Assembly (NCBI GenBank): GCA_965215275.1
Contig: OZ244044.1
Location: 1,184,001-1,248,000 of the forward strand
Length of the DNA: 64,000 nucleotides
Direction: 5' to 3'
From: Thermodesulfobacteriota bacterium
GTDB taxonomy: Bacteria; Desulfobacterota_D; UBA1144; Nemesobacterales; JAJCZQ01
The notes below the pieces were generated by a model. It did not search any database and had not been told where the DNA came from. It saw nothing but the letters and a program-made list of their open reading frames with translations. This document shows positions 40,971-50,576 of the stretch, in pieces (within the stretch, counting starts at the first letter, position 1; each line of letters starts with the position of its first letter). A program made the translations under genes and the position numbers.

Positions 40971-41840
40971 CTACTCCGCGTTCTGTATCTGTTCCCTGAT
41001 CTTTTCCAGTTCCGAACGAAGGGTTATCACCTGATGCGTTATGGCCGCATCCTTGCACTTGGCAGAGATCGTCCCGGCTTCCCTGTTCATTTCCTGAATA
41101 AGAAAATCCAGTTCCTTTCCCAGCGGTCCGCTGCCGTTCAGGGTTTCGGAAAACTTCTCAATATGGGCCTCAAGCCTGACAAGTTCTTCGGTTATATCAC
41201 TTTTTTCAGTCTGAATTGCGATCTCCTGATATAAACGATGATCATCTGCTTTCACGTCTTCCAGTAAGGTCTGCACCTTCGCTTTGAACCTCTTGAAGGT
41301 CTGTTTTGAAAAACCGTCCCTTTTTCTTTTAACCTTTTTTACCCAGAAACTGCACATCCTTATCCTTTTGGTTAGGTCCCTCTTTAACTTTCTTCCTTCG
41401 CTCTCCCTGTTCGCTTCCAGTTTTTTCAAGGCGGTGTTGAGGACCTCCTTGATCCCGTCCACGGAACGCCGGGACAGACTGCTGCCAGCACGGTTATTAA
41501 AAAGGTCCTTGAAAGCAAGCAGATGATCGAGCGTTATATCGTCTTTCATCCCCAGATCGGAAACAAAGGTCTTGAGGGCTCTGGCAAACTGCCTTCCTGC
41601 TTTTTTATCGAACTTGGTGAGAGCTGCTTTTTTGCCTTCCACTAATATCATCACGTTAAGCTTTCCTCTGGATATGCGGCCCTTGACCAGGTTTATCAGT
41701 TCGTGTTCGAACGAGCCGAGAGAGTCGGGAACGTTCATCTTGCAGTCCAAAAAACGATGGTTCTCGGACCTTATTTCAATAACGACCTTGAAGTCATCGA
41801 TCAGCTTCTCGTAACTTGCATATCCCGTCATACTTTTCAT
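40971..41840 (-). CDS. yicC: YicC/YloC family endoribonuclease
   Basis: MKSMTGY, RSENHRFLD, DITEELVRL, KELDFLIQEMNRE, EKIREQIQNAE. Start trimmed to ATG 41840. Confidence 0.92.
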   Translation of the reverse strand: MKSMTGYASYEKLIDDFKVVIEIRSENHRFLDCKMNVPDSLGSFEHELINLVKGRISRGKLNVMILVEGKKAALTKFDKKAGRQFARALKTFVSDLGMKDDITLDHLLAFKDLFNNRAGSSLSRRSVDGIKEVLNTALKKLEANRESEGRKLKRDLTKRIRMCSFWVKKVKRKRDGFSKQTFKRFKAKVQTLLEDVKADDHRLYQEIAIQTEKSDITEELVRLEAHIEKFSETLNGSGPLGKELDFLIQEMNREAGTISAKCKDAAITHQVITLRSELEKIREQIQNAE

Positions 41841-42012
41841 GATCAGTTTTCTTATCCTATCCCGGTTCGCAGTCCCGTGATCTGCAGCGTGTATAGCGCT
41901 GAGCTGCCCTGTCAGCAAGCATCTCAATGGTTTTATTTTCCAAAATCATTCATCTCTGATAATATTTAACTCTTGATATTAAGCGAACTATTCTATACTG
42001 TAAACTTTCACA

Positions 42013-42495
42013 ATGAAATATCTAATAGCTTTTTCACTAATACTGTGCGCCTTTTATATCAGTGCATGCGTTAAATTAACCCAGACGGACAATTACCGGC
42101 AAAAGCCTAAAACGAAAGTTTCCGCCACCCGGGTGGTGATGAATTTCCTTGAAGCCATGAAGAACGAGGATCTTTCAGAAGCTTACGAACACGTATACGT
42201 CCTCAATTCGGACAAGGAAGGTTATATAAGCAGTGCGAAAGGAAGGCTGGGAGAATTAGGTGTCAAATTACTCAAATACGAGATACTGGGAACTCAGCTC
42301 TTTAAAAATACTGGGTCGATATATGCAGAACTTCAAATAGAACAAAAAGCAGGCGATGATGTGATAAAAAAGAACGTGAAGGTCAGATACAACCTTAGAC
42401 TGTTTGACAAAGAGTGGAAGATCACAGAGGACAGATGTATTGAAAACTGCGGGAACAACAGTAACACGAACAGTGATCAACTGAATTCAAGGTGA
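42013..42495 (+). CDS. Hypothetical lipoprotein
   Basis: Signal peptide with lipobox ISAC; NTF2-like DUF4878-style pattern. Confidence 0.7.
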   Translation: MKYLIAFSLILCAFYISACVKLTQTDNYRQKPKTKVSATRVVMNFLEAMKNEDLSEAYEHVYVLNSDKEGYISSAKGRLGELGVKLLKYEILGTQLFKNTGSIYAELQIEQKAGDDVIKKNVKVRYNLRLFDKEWKITEDRCIENCGNNSNTNSDQLNSR

Positions 42496-42502
42496 CAGTT
42501 AA

Positions 42503-43303
42503 ATGATAAAAGCGGCCGTATCCGGTGCAGGCGGCAAAATGGGCACGAGTATCCTTAACGTCCTGTTCAAAGACCCTGAAATAGAGATAGTGGGAACCAC
42601 GGAGACAGCAGGGCACCATTTGCTCGGAAGTGATCTGGGGGTCATCGTAAATTCCGCCGATACGAATATATCAATTACCGAAGATATGGACTCGGCCTTT
42701 GAGGACGCTGAGGTGGTCATCGATTTTACCACGCCTTCATCGACCCTTCTGACTGCTGAACACTGCAAAGCTGGCAACAGGGCCATAGTGATAGGAACAA
42801 CCGGACTTTCCCGTGCAGAAAAAAACAGGCTGAGGCAGATCGCTGAAACGGTGCCCGTTGTGATTTCGCCCAATATGAGCGTCGGGGTAAACCTGGCCTT
42901 TGAACTTTCAAAGATATTAGCTGCCCGGCTTGGAGAGGAATTTGACGTTGAGATAGTAGAGACACACCACGGAGATAAAGTTGACGCTCCAAGCGGTACC
43001 GCCATTGGTCTGGCAGAAGCCGTCGCGGAAGGTCTTGGCGTCGACCCGGACACGCACATAAGATTTGAGAGAAGAGGAAATATAGGCAGAAGGAAAAAAG
43101 GGGAAATAGGGGTACAGACCTTACGGGGAGGGGACGTTGTGGGTGATCACACGGTGATGTTCCTTGGCAGGGGAGAAAGGCTGGAGATCACGCACAAGGC
43201 ACTCAGCAGAGAGAATTTTTCCAGAGGCGTTTTACGAGCGGTCAAGTGGGTTGCAGGAAAGCCGCCGGGCATATACGGTATGAAGGACGTCCTGGGGATC
43301 TAG
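42503..43303 (+). CDS. dapB: 4-hydroxy-tetrahydrodipicolinate reductase
   Basis: GAGGKMG, IDFT, IGTTG, NMSVGVN, ETHHGDKVDAPSGTA. Confidence 0.98.
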   Translation: MIKAAVSGAGGKMGTSILNVLFKDPEIEIVGTTETAGHHLLGSDLGVIVNSADTNISITEDMDSAFEDAEVVIDFTTPSSTLLTAEHCKAGNRAIVIGTTGLSRAEKNRLRQIAETVPVVISPNMSVGVNLAFELSKILAARLGEEFDVEIVETHHGDKVDAPSGTAIGLAEAVAEGLGVDPDTHIRFERRGNIGRRKKGEIGVQTLRGGDVVGDHTVMFLGRGERLEITHKALSRENFSRGVLRAVKWVAGKPPGIYGMKDVLGI

Positions 43304-43354
43304 GACCGGGATAAGCAGTTCCCGGCATATCTCATACTCGCCTATCCAGTTTTA

Positions 43355-44467
43355 ATGTACAGCTTTTCGCTAGAACATAAAGATCAGGGAAGTAAAGCCC
43401 GGAGAGGACTTATTACAACACGTCACGGGCACGTAAGAACTCCCGCCTTCATGCCCGTTGGCACGCAGGCGGCGGTCAAATCCCTGACGTCATCCGACCT
43501 CTGTGCACTTGACGTGCAGATGATAATAGTGAACGCCTACCACCTCTACTTAAGGCCGGGGCACGACCTTATAAAAAAAATGGGAGGCGTACACAGATTT
43601 ATGAACTGGCAAGGACCCGTTACTGCTGACAGTGGCGGATTTCAAGCACTCAGCCTGTCTAAAAAGAGAAAAATCCTGGAGGACGGAATATCGTTTCAGT
43701 CACACCTGGACGGCAGTACGCACCTGTTAACCCCTTCAAGATCAATAGAGATACAGGAATATCTTCAGGCAGACATAATGATGTGCCTTGATGAATGTCC
43801 ATCCTCAGATTCCACAAAAGGCGACTTAAAAAAAGCCGTTGAGAACACGACCAGGTGGGCGCGTAAGTGTAAAGAGGCAAAAAAAGACCATGGCAGCGCC
43901 CTCTTTGGTATCGTACAAGGGGGAACGAGTATGGACATGAGAAAAAGATCTGCATGCGAACTTATGGAGATCGGCTTTGACGGATATTCGATCGGTGGGC
44001 TTGGGATCGGAGAAAGACCCGAGGAAACTTATGAAACAACGTCGCTCTGCACAAGTTTACTACCTGAAGAAAAAATCAGGTATCTTATGGGCATTGGAAA
44101 ACCGGTCGATATAGTTGAGGCCGTAACAAGGGGAATTGACCTGTTCGACTGCGTTATTCCAACAAGGAACGCCCGAAACGGTTCAATCTTTACAAATAAA
44201 GGAAAAATAGTTATAAAAAATGCTCAATACTCGGATGATAACGGTCCACTTGATAATGAATGTGAGTGCTATACGTGCCTGAACTTTACAAAATCTTATC
44301 TAAGACACTTATTCATGGCTGGAGAACTTTTGGCTTACAGACTGCTTACTCTGCATAATCTAAGCTATTATACCTCTCTCATGAAAAGAATAAGGAGTTC
44401 GATATCCAGTAACGGCCTTGGTAAGTTGAGGAAAGAATTACTGACCATTGAGGAGGACAACCTTTGA
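43355..44467 (+). CDS. tgt: tRNA-guanine transglycosylase (queuine)
   Basis: TPAFMPVGT, DSGGFQ, GIVQGG, RYLMGIG, DCVIPTR, CECYTC. Confidence 0.98.
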   Translation: MYSFSLEHKDQGSKARRGLITTRHGHVRTPAFMPVGTQAAVKSLTSSDLCALDVQMIIVNAYHLYLRPGHDLIKKMGGVHRFMNWQGPVTADSGGFQALSLSKKRKILEDGISFQSHLDGSTHLLTPSRSIEIQEYLQADIMMCLDECPSSDSTKGDLKKAVENTTRWARKCKEAKKDHGSALFGIVQGGTSMDMRKRSACELMEIGFDGYSIGGLGIGERPEETYETTSLCTSLLPEEKIRYLMGIGKPVDIVEAVTRGIDLFDCVIPTRNARNGSIFTNKGKIVIKNAQYSDDNGPLDNECECYTCLNFTKSYLRHLFMAGELLAYRLLTLHNLSYYTSLMKRIRSSISSNGLGKLRKELLTIEEDNL

Positions 44468-44823
44468 AACTTAATAAACTGATCATACTGTTTTTACCGC
44501 TTCTTACGTCGTGTATGCCCCCGGGAACGGAAGGTGGAGGTTCCTCTTCTTCGGGTCTGATAGGGATAGCACCCTTTGTAATTATATTTCTGCTGTTCTA
44601 CCTTTTGATCCTGAGACCCCAGCAAAAACAGAACAAGCAGAGAGACCTGCTGCTGAAGAACCTCAAAAGAGGCGATAAGATCATAACAAGTGGCGGTCTT
44701 CATGGAAGAATAACTGCCGCAGATGACGAAGTATTGACCATCGAGATAGCCAAAGGAGTGAACGTACAGGTGTCACGGTCCAGCGTTACGGCCAAGATAA
44801 ACCCGGAAACAAAGAATAAATGA
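44464..44823 (+). CDS. yajC: Preprotein translocase subunit YajC
   Basis: FYLLILRPQQKQ, LKRGDKIITSGGLHG; lies between tgt and secD. Confidence 0.95.
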   Translation: MKLNKLIILFLPLLTSCMPPGTEGGGSSSSGLIGIAPFVIIFLLFYLLILRPQQKQNKQRDLLLKNLKRGDKIITSGGLHGRITAADDEVLTIEIAKGVNVQVSRSSVTAKINPETKNK

Positions 44824-46421
44824 GAAAATTACCCAAGGTATGGATCATTACCATAATCAGCATCTCCATTTTATCAACGATCTTTCTCGTTCCGACGTTC
44901 GCAGGTGATTCCCTGCCATCCTGGTGGTCAAAGGTATTTCCAAGCAGAGGAATAAGACTAGGACTTGATCTGAAAGGCGGGATATTCATGCTCCTGGACG
45001 TAAAGACCGAAAAATCCATTGAGCAGGAACTCAGCTCCATAAACGAGATAATCAGGGAATCCATAACCAAGAACAACGGACTTATTAAATCCTCCGATAT
45101 AAGCCGAAACTCCCTGACTATGAGTTTCTATTCTTCGGAAGACGCCTCAAGGGCAGATCAGATCGCAAGGGATAATTTTTCAGACGTGACCTCGATCAGT
45201 CAAAAGGACCTTATCCTCACGATAACCCTGAACTCAAGCTACATGAAGGAACTGAAGAAAAATTCCCTGTCCCAGGTGAAGCAGGTCATAGAGAACAGAG
45301 TGCTTGATTTCGGACTGGTGGAACCTTCCATTCAGACAACGGGTGAAAACAGGATATTAATTCAGGTGCCAGGAGCCTCTCATCAGGACAGGCAAAGGAT
45401 CGTCGACCTTATAAAAAAAACGGCCGTACTGGAATTCAAACTCGTAAACACGGCGTCGATCAGCAAGGAAGCGGTCCTGCAATCGGAAGAGGTGGAAACC
45501 GTTGAGCAGCTAAGGGCCAAGAACCTCGAGATACACAGAGGTGAGACCGGGAATCAGAACGAGGCGTTCTTTCTGACCGACCAACAGACCATTGTCTCGG
45601 GTAAGTATATATCCGATGCAAGGATAACTTTCGATAATTTTGGAAGACCGGCAGTGCTTTTCAGGTTCAGGGGAGAAGGCGCCAAGATGTTCGGAGAGCT
45701 GACCGGGAACAATATAGATAAGAGACTTGCGATCGTTCTGGACGACGTTATTAAATCCGCCCCGGTCATTAACGACAGGATAACTTACGAGGGAACTATA
45801 ACCGGGTCATTTACGACCGAGGAAGCAAAGGACCTTGCACTGGTACTGAGATCGGGTTCTCTCCCGGTGCCCGTAACGGTGGAGCAGGAAAGGACCGTGG
45901 GTCCCTCACTGGGACAGGATTCCATAGAAAAAGGAAGGCTCTCCATGATCGTGGGAGGTATTCTCGTAATTGCCTTTATGATCTTCTTTTACAGACTGCA
46001 GGGTTGTATAGCGGACATCGCCCTTTTGCTCAATATGCTGTTCATAATGGGGTTCTTATCTGCTTTCGGGATAACGCTGACGCTGCCGGGTATTGCCGGG
46101 CTCGTGCTGACGCTGGGTATGGCGGTCGATGGTAATATAATCATATTCGAGAGGATAAAGGAAGAGATCAGAATTGGAAAAGCTCCCATTGCGGCAATAG
46201 AGGCCGGTTATGCAAGGTCCCTCTGGACGATCCTTGATGCAAATATAACGACCCTGCTGACGGCACTTATACTTTTCTGGTTCGGGACCGGACCGGTCAA
46301 GGGTTTTGCAGCAACTTTATCTATAGGGATCATTTCAACGGTCTTCAACAACATTATCGTGGCGAGGATGATCACGAACTATTTTTACAGAGATAAGGAA
46401 CTGACCACCATGAGCGTATAG
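44820..46421 (+). CDS. secD: Protein translocase subunit SecD
   Basis: LGLDLKGG, GLVEP, LAIVLD, LRSGSLP, VGPSLG, LTLPGIAG, DANITT. Confidence 0.98.
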   Translation: MRKLPKVWIITIISISILSTIFLVPTFAGDSLPSWWSKVFPSRGIRLGLDLKGGIFMLLDVKTEKSIEQELSSINEIIRESITKNNGLIKSSDISRNSLTMSFYSSEDASRADQIARDNFSDVTSISQKDLILTITLNSSYMKELKKNSLSQVKQVIENRVLDFGLVEPSIQTTGENRILIQVPGASHQDRQRIVDLIKKTAVLEFKLVNTASISKEAVLQSEEVETVEQLRAKNLEIHRGETGNQNEAFFLTDQQTIVSGKYISDARITFDNFGRPAVLFRFRGEGAKMFGELTGNNIDKRLAIVLDDVIKSAPVINDRITYEGTITGSFTTEEAKDLALVLRSGSLPVPVTVEQERTVGPSLGQDSIEKGRLSMIVGGILVIAFMIFFYRLQGCIADIALLLNMLFIMGFLSAFGITLTLPGIAGLVLTLGMAVDGNIIIFERIKEEIRIGKAPIAAIEAGYARSLWTILDANITTLLTALILFWFGTGPVKGFAATLSIGIISTVFNNIIVARMITNYFYRDKELTTMSV

Positions 46422-46445
46422 GGTGATCAGGAGGATAATTAAACG

Positions 46446-47372
46446 TTGCAGATATTACAACCAGGCAGAATATATGACTTTGTTGAGAAAATGCCCACTG
46501 CTACCAGGGTCTCGGCCTTATTGCTGGTCATTTCACTCGGTTCGCTGATCTACCATGGCGGGCCAAACTGGGGCGTGGAGTTTACCGGAGGCACGGAAGT
46601 TCAAATCAAATTCCCAGAGGGTCCTCAAACAAGCGATATACGGAAAAGCATGCAGATGATCGGCTTTGAAACCGAGACGGTTCAACGGTTCGGACTTGCC
46701 TCCGAAAAAGAGTATCTGATATCCCTATCCCCGAAAGTCGTGAGTTTTGATCAGATACAGTCTTTTAAGGACTCGCTGAGCGAGGTTATCAAAACCACAC
46801 CTGAATTTAAAGGAGCACAGATACAGAGAATAGACTACATAGGTCCGAAGATCGGTAAAGAACTGGTGCAAAAAGCCATATTTTCAATACTGTTCGCGTG
46901 CGTCGGCATTCTGATCTATCTAATTTTCAGATTTGAGACGGGCTTTGCAGTAGGAGCGGTTATCGCGCTTTTTCATGACACGATCATAACGCTTGGGGCA
47001 ATCTCTTTAACGAACAAAGAATTTACTCTGGCGATCGTTGCCGCTTTACTCACCGTGATCGGTTATTCGGTCAATGATACCATCGTCATTTTTGACAGAA
47101 TAAGGGAAAACATAGCCAAGTCACTGTCAAAGAACTTCGGCGACCTGGTAAACGAGGGAATTACCCAGACCCTTTCCAGAACGATACTGACAGGTGTAAC
47201 GGTCTTTATAGTGCTTATACCACTTTTCTTCTTAGGTGGTTCAGTTATACATGACTTTGCATTTACCCTGATAGTGGGAGTTATAGTGGGTACTTATTCC
47301 TCAATATTCGTTGCAAGTTCATTCGTTATATACTGGAGAAAAAGAAAATCATCGCAAGGTCAAAAGCCATAG
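46446..47372 (+). CDS. secF: Protein translocase subunit SecF
   Basis: GVEFTGG, IGPKIG, HD, GYSVNDTIVIFDRIRE, TLSRT, GTYSSIF. Confidence 0.98.
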   Translation: MQILQPGRIYDFVEKMPTATRVSALLLVISLGSLIYHGGPNWGVEFTGGTEVQIKFPEGPQTSDIRKSMQMIGFETETVQRFGLASEKEYLISLSPKVVSFDQIQSFKDSLSEVIKTTPEFKGAQIQRIDYIGPKIGKELVQKAIFSILFACVGILIYLIFRFETGFAVGAVIALFHDTIITLGAISLTNKEFTLAIVAALLTVIGYSVNDTIVIFDRIRENIAKSLSKNFGDLVNEGITQTLSRTILTGVTVFIVLIPLFFLGGSVIHDFAFTLIVGVIVGTYSSIFVASSFVIYWRKRKSSQGQKP

Positions 47373-47387
47373 CTTCCTGGACCTGAC

Positions 47388-47891
47388 ATGGAAACTCTTG
47401 CTTTGGCGCTCTTTCTGTTTTTCTCTGCCGCAGCTGTTCTCAGCCACTTTCTGGGCTTTCCGGGCAACTGGGCAATACTCGTCTTTTCATTACTGCTCGC
47501 ATGGTCAGGAGAGTTTAGCAAAGTACAGGTCCCTTCTTTGACTGTTTTGTTATCACTTGCCCTTTTGGGTGAGATCATAGAGTTTATTGTGGGAATGGTC
47601 GTCGCTAAAAAAAGCAAAGCAAGCAACTCTGCGATCGCGAGTTCGTTCATATTCGGAATGATCGGAGCGATACTGGGAGTACCGTTCCTTTTTGGAGCAG
47701 GTTCGGTCATAGGGGCATTTATCGGTGCTTTTACAGGAGCGTTCATAGCTGAACTCTTCATGGTCAGGGACCTTCGTCGGTCCATCCGTGCCGCCTGGGG
47801 AACTTTACTTGGCAAGGTGGGAGGCCTGTTTACAAAAACGATCATCGGAACCGTTATGATAGTTGTGGTAGTCACTGATTATTTCAATTGA
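47388..47891 (+). CDS. DUF456 family membrane protein
   Basis: PGNW, Gly-rich hydrophobic helices GAFIGAFTGAFIAE. Confidence 0.8.
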   Translation: METLALALFLFFSAAAVLSHFLGFPGNWAILVFSLLLAWSGEFSKVQVPSLTVLLSLALLGEIIEFIVGMVVAKKSKASNSAIASSFIFGMIGAILGVPFLFGAGSVIGAFIGAFTGAFIAELFMVRDLRRSIRAAWGTLLGKVGGLFTKTIIGTVMIVVVVTDYFN

Positions 47892-48034
47892 TATTTTTCT
47901 GCGGATTTATTAATGTTATGTGCAAGGAACTGCAGAGGACCTTGCGGGTGGTTTCAGACGGTCTGCTGAAAACAGTTGAAAATGGCATCATTGTCATTCA
48001 GATAATATACGTATTTGGTATCTCCTGAACTTTA

Positions 48035-49060
48035 ATGAGTGATCGGAAGTTAAAAAATCTAAATATAGAAACAGTAAAGGAAGATCTGGCCTCTGTCAGC
48101 AATGAGGTATCGCTGCGGGAGTTAAAGTCCAGGTACCTTGGCAAAAAAGGTATTGTCACCGATATGCTCAGATCAATGAGGGATATACCACGAGAACAGA
48201 GAAAGGATCTCGGTGAATCAATAAACAACGTCAAAGATGTAATTGAATCCCTTATAAATGAAAAGCAGAACGAGCTGAAGGAAAAAAAAACAGCCGACGC
48301 ACTTGCCTGTGAACAGATAGACGTCACCTTACCTGGCCGAGGGGTCTGGCTGGGAGCAAAGCATCCAATATCAAAGGTAATGGATGAAATAGTCTACACT
48401 TTTGAGAAAATGGGTTTCAGCGTGGCGGAAGGACCCGAGGTGGAGCTTTATTACTACAATTTTGAAGCACTGAACATACCAAAGGACCACCCTGCAAGGG
48501 AAATGCAGGATACTTTTTATATATCAGACGATATAGTTCTAAGAACTCACACGTCGCCCGTGCAGATAAGGACCATGGAGAAGCAATCTCCACCGGTAAA
48601 GATCATCGTTCCCGGTAAAGTCTACAGATGTGACAGCGACGTTTCACACACGCCCATGTTCCACCAGATCGAGGGACTGCTTGTGGACAAGAACATCAAT
48701 ATGGGCAATTTGAGATCAGTCGTGACGCAGTTCGTCCATCTCACCTTTGGCAAGGATACGAACGTCCGGTTCAGACCGAGCTTTTTTCCATTCACCGAAC
48801 CAAGCGCTGAAGTAGATATAGAATGTGCAATGTGCAGAAGCGACGGCTGCCGCGTGTGTAAGCAGACGGGCTGGCTTGAGATAATGGGCTGCGGAATGGT
48901 CGACCCCGAGGTATTTAAAGGAGTTGGTTACGACCCGGAAGTGTATACGGGATTCGCGTTCGGTATGGGGGTTGAAAGGATCACAATGCTGAAATACGGC
49001 ATTAACGACATAAGGATGTTCTTTGAGAACGACCTGAGATTTTTAAGACAGTTCGTCTGA
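48035..49060 (+). CDS. pheS: Phenylalanine-tRNA ligase alpha subunit
   Basis: NFEALNIP.DHPAR, LRTHTSPVQ, HTPMFHQIEG, FPFTEPS, GFAFGMGVER. Confidence 0.99.
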   Translation: MSDRKLKNLNIETVKEDLASVSNEVSLRELKSRYLGKKGIVTDMLRSMRDIPREQRKDLGESINNVKDVIESLINEKQNELKEKKTADALACEQIDVTLPGRGVWLGAKHPISKVMDEIVYTFEKMGFSVAEGPEVELYYYNFEALNIPKDHPAREMQDTFYISDDIVLRTHTSPVQIRTMEKQSPPVKIIVPGKVYRCDSDVSHTPMFHQIEGLLVDKNINMGNLRSVVTQFVHLTFGKDTNVRFRPSFFPFTEPSAEVDIECAMCRSDGCRVCKQTGWLEIMGCGMVDPEVFKGVGYDPEVYTGFAFGMGVERITMLKYGINDIRMFFENDLRFLRQFV

Positions 49061-49076
49061 CGCCCGTCTGCCGTCT

Positions 49077-49547
49077 TCAGTCCCTCGGTTCATAAGCAAG
49101 GTTATCAAGCCAGAAATCTATTACATACTGAATTCTGCTAAGCATCGATGACCTGTAGCTGTCAAGTCTGCTTATATGTACCCACCTGCACTCTATTATC
49201 CCTTCCTCGTATTCCGGGGAAACGTCTGCATCATTTCCTTTATAGTGCATCAGGTACCAGTGCGTCTTCTTAAGATAATTTGATTTCTTGTACCTTGTTG
49301 AATGCCAGGTGGAAACGATCTTACCCTTCACGATCAACTTTTTTGAATCCAGGCCCGTCTCTTCGTTCACTTCCCTTACGGCGGTCTTTACGTGTGACCC
49401 GTTAGAGGATAATCTGCCTTTGGGCAGGTCCCACTTGCCTCTCTTAAAGATCAGAAGAATATGATAGTTATTATTGTAGACCAAGCCACCCGCCGACTCT
49501 ATCATGGGCAAATCAAGGGTTTTAAGAAGGCTCATGTTATTAGACAT
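49077..49547 (-). CDS. NUDIX hydrolase
   Basis: SAGGLV, WDLPKG, AVREVNEETG Nudix box; start overlaps the ppk2 stop. Confidence 0.9.
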   Translation of the reverse strand: MSNNMSLLKTLDLPMIESAGGLVYNNNYHILLIFKRGKWDLPKGRLSSNGSHVKTAVREVNEETGLDSKKLIVKGKIVSTWHSTRYKKSNYLKKTHWYLMHYKGNDADVSPEYEEGIIECRWVHISRLDSYRSSMLSRIQYVIDFWLDNLAYEPRD

Positions 49548-50433
49548 CTTTTTTCTCTGCTAACTCCTTCAAGGTGGAATATTGAAGCTGGCTTAAATTA
49601 TCAAATACCACCCCGTTGATCTCAGTACTGTGTTTTTTCATCACGTCGACCCCCGTCAGCGGAGTGAATTTCATTCTGCCGTATTTTTTTACCACTCTGA
49701 GCATGCAGTTCAGTCTGGCTTCCATCTTTGAATTTGCGTCCACGATATACCAGGAAGATTTTTTGGAAGAAGTATGAGCGAACATCTGGTTCTTATAATT
49801 CGTATATGTCTCCCACTTTACTCGTGCGTCAAGATCGTTTGGAGAAAACTTCCAGAACCTGAGCGGGTCGGACAGCCTTGCCTGAAAACGCCCAAGCTGA
49901 TGTTCACTGTCGATCGACAGGTAAAACTTAATGAGTTTCATACCTTTGTCAATCAGACCATGTTCCCAGTCAAGGACCTTTGACATAAAGTATTCATATT
50001 GCCTTTTGGTGCAGTACCCCATAGTTGGCTCGATCGTGGCGCGATTGTACCACGAACGGTCAAAGAACACTATCTCCCCGGACCTCGGGAGATGTTTTTC
50101 ATAACGACCGAACCAGTACCTGGACTCTTTTTTAGTTGGAATGCCAAGAGCTACAGCCCTGAAGTGACGAGGCATAAGGTTTTCGGTAAAGCGAAGGATC
50201 GTCGAACCTTTGCCCGCGGCGTCGCGGCCGTCAAAGGTTATACACAGCCTCTCCTCTTTTTTAATTATATCCTGCTGTATATTGAGCAACTCAAGCTGAA
50301 GCCGCCTTTTTTCAATATTGTAGTCCTTCAGACCTATACCCTTGTATGGGTTATCGATCTTCTTAAATTCGGTCTTTGAAGCTTTTTCCTGTCGCATCAC
50401 CATACTGTTAACCCGGTATAGTTTAACTGCCAC
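49540..50433 (-). CDS. ppk2: Polyphosphate kinase 2
   Basis: FDGRDAAGKG, FFDRSWYNR, EPTMGYC, WKFSPND. Confidence 0.95.
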   Translation of the reverse strand: MAVKLYRVNSMVMRQEKASKTEFKKIDNPYKGIGLKDYNIEKRRLQLELLNIQQDIIKKEERLCITFDGRDAAGKGSTILRFTENLMPRHFRAVALGIPTKKESRYWFGRYEKHLPRSGEIVFFDRSWYNRATIEPTMGYCTKRQYEYFMSKVLDWEHGLIDKGMKLIKFYLSIDSEHQLGRFQARLSDPLRFWKFSPNDLDARVKWETYTNYKNQMFAHTSSKKSSWYIVDANSKMEARLNCMLRVVKKYGRMKFTPLTGVDVMKKHSTEINGVVFDNLSQLQYSTLKELAEKKDV

Positions 50434-50576
50434 CTGTGAATTTTATATTAAGAGATAAAGTTTTTTACGATCAGTGGTCATCAAAGCAAAAGCAGCCTTT
50501 TAAAACCGTCAATTCTCCTTATGTTCTGTACCTCATGCTTGTTTAGTCTCCAAATTCATTTATTCTTACGGTTCTT

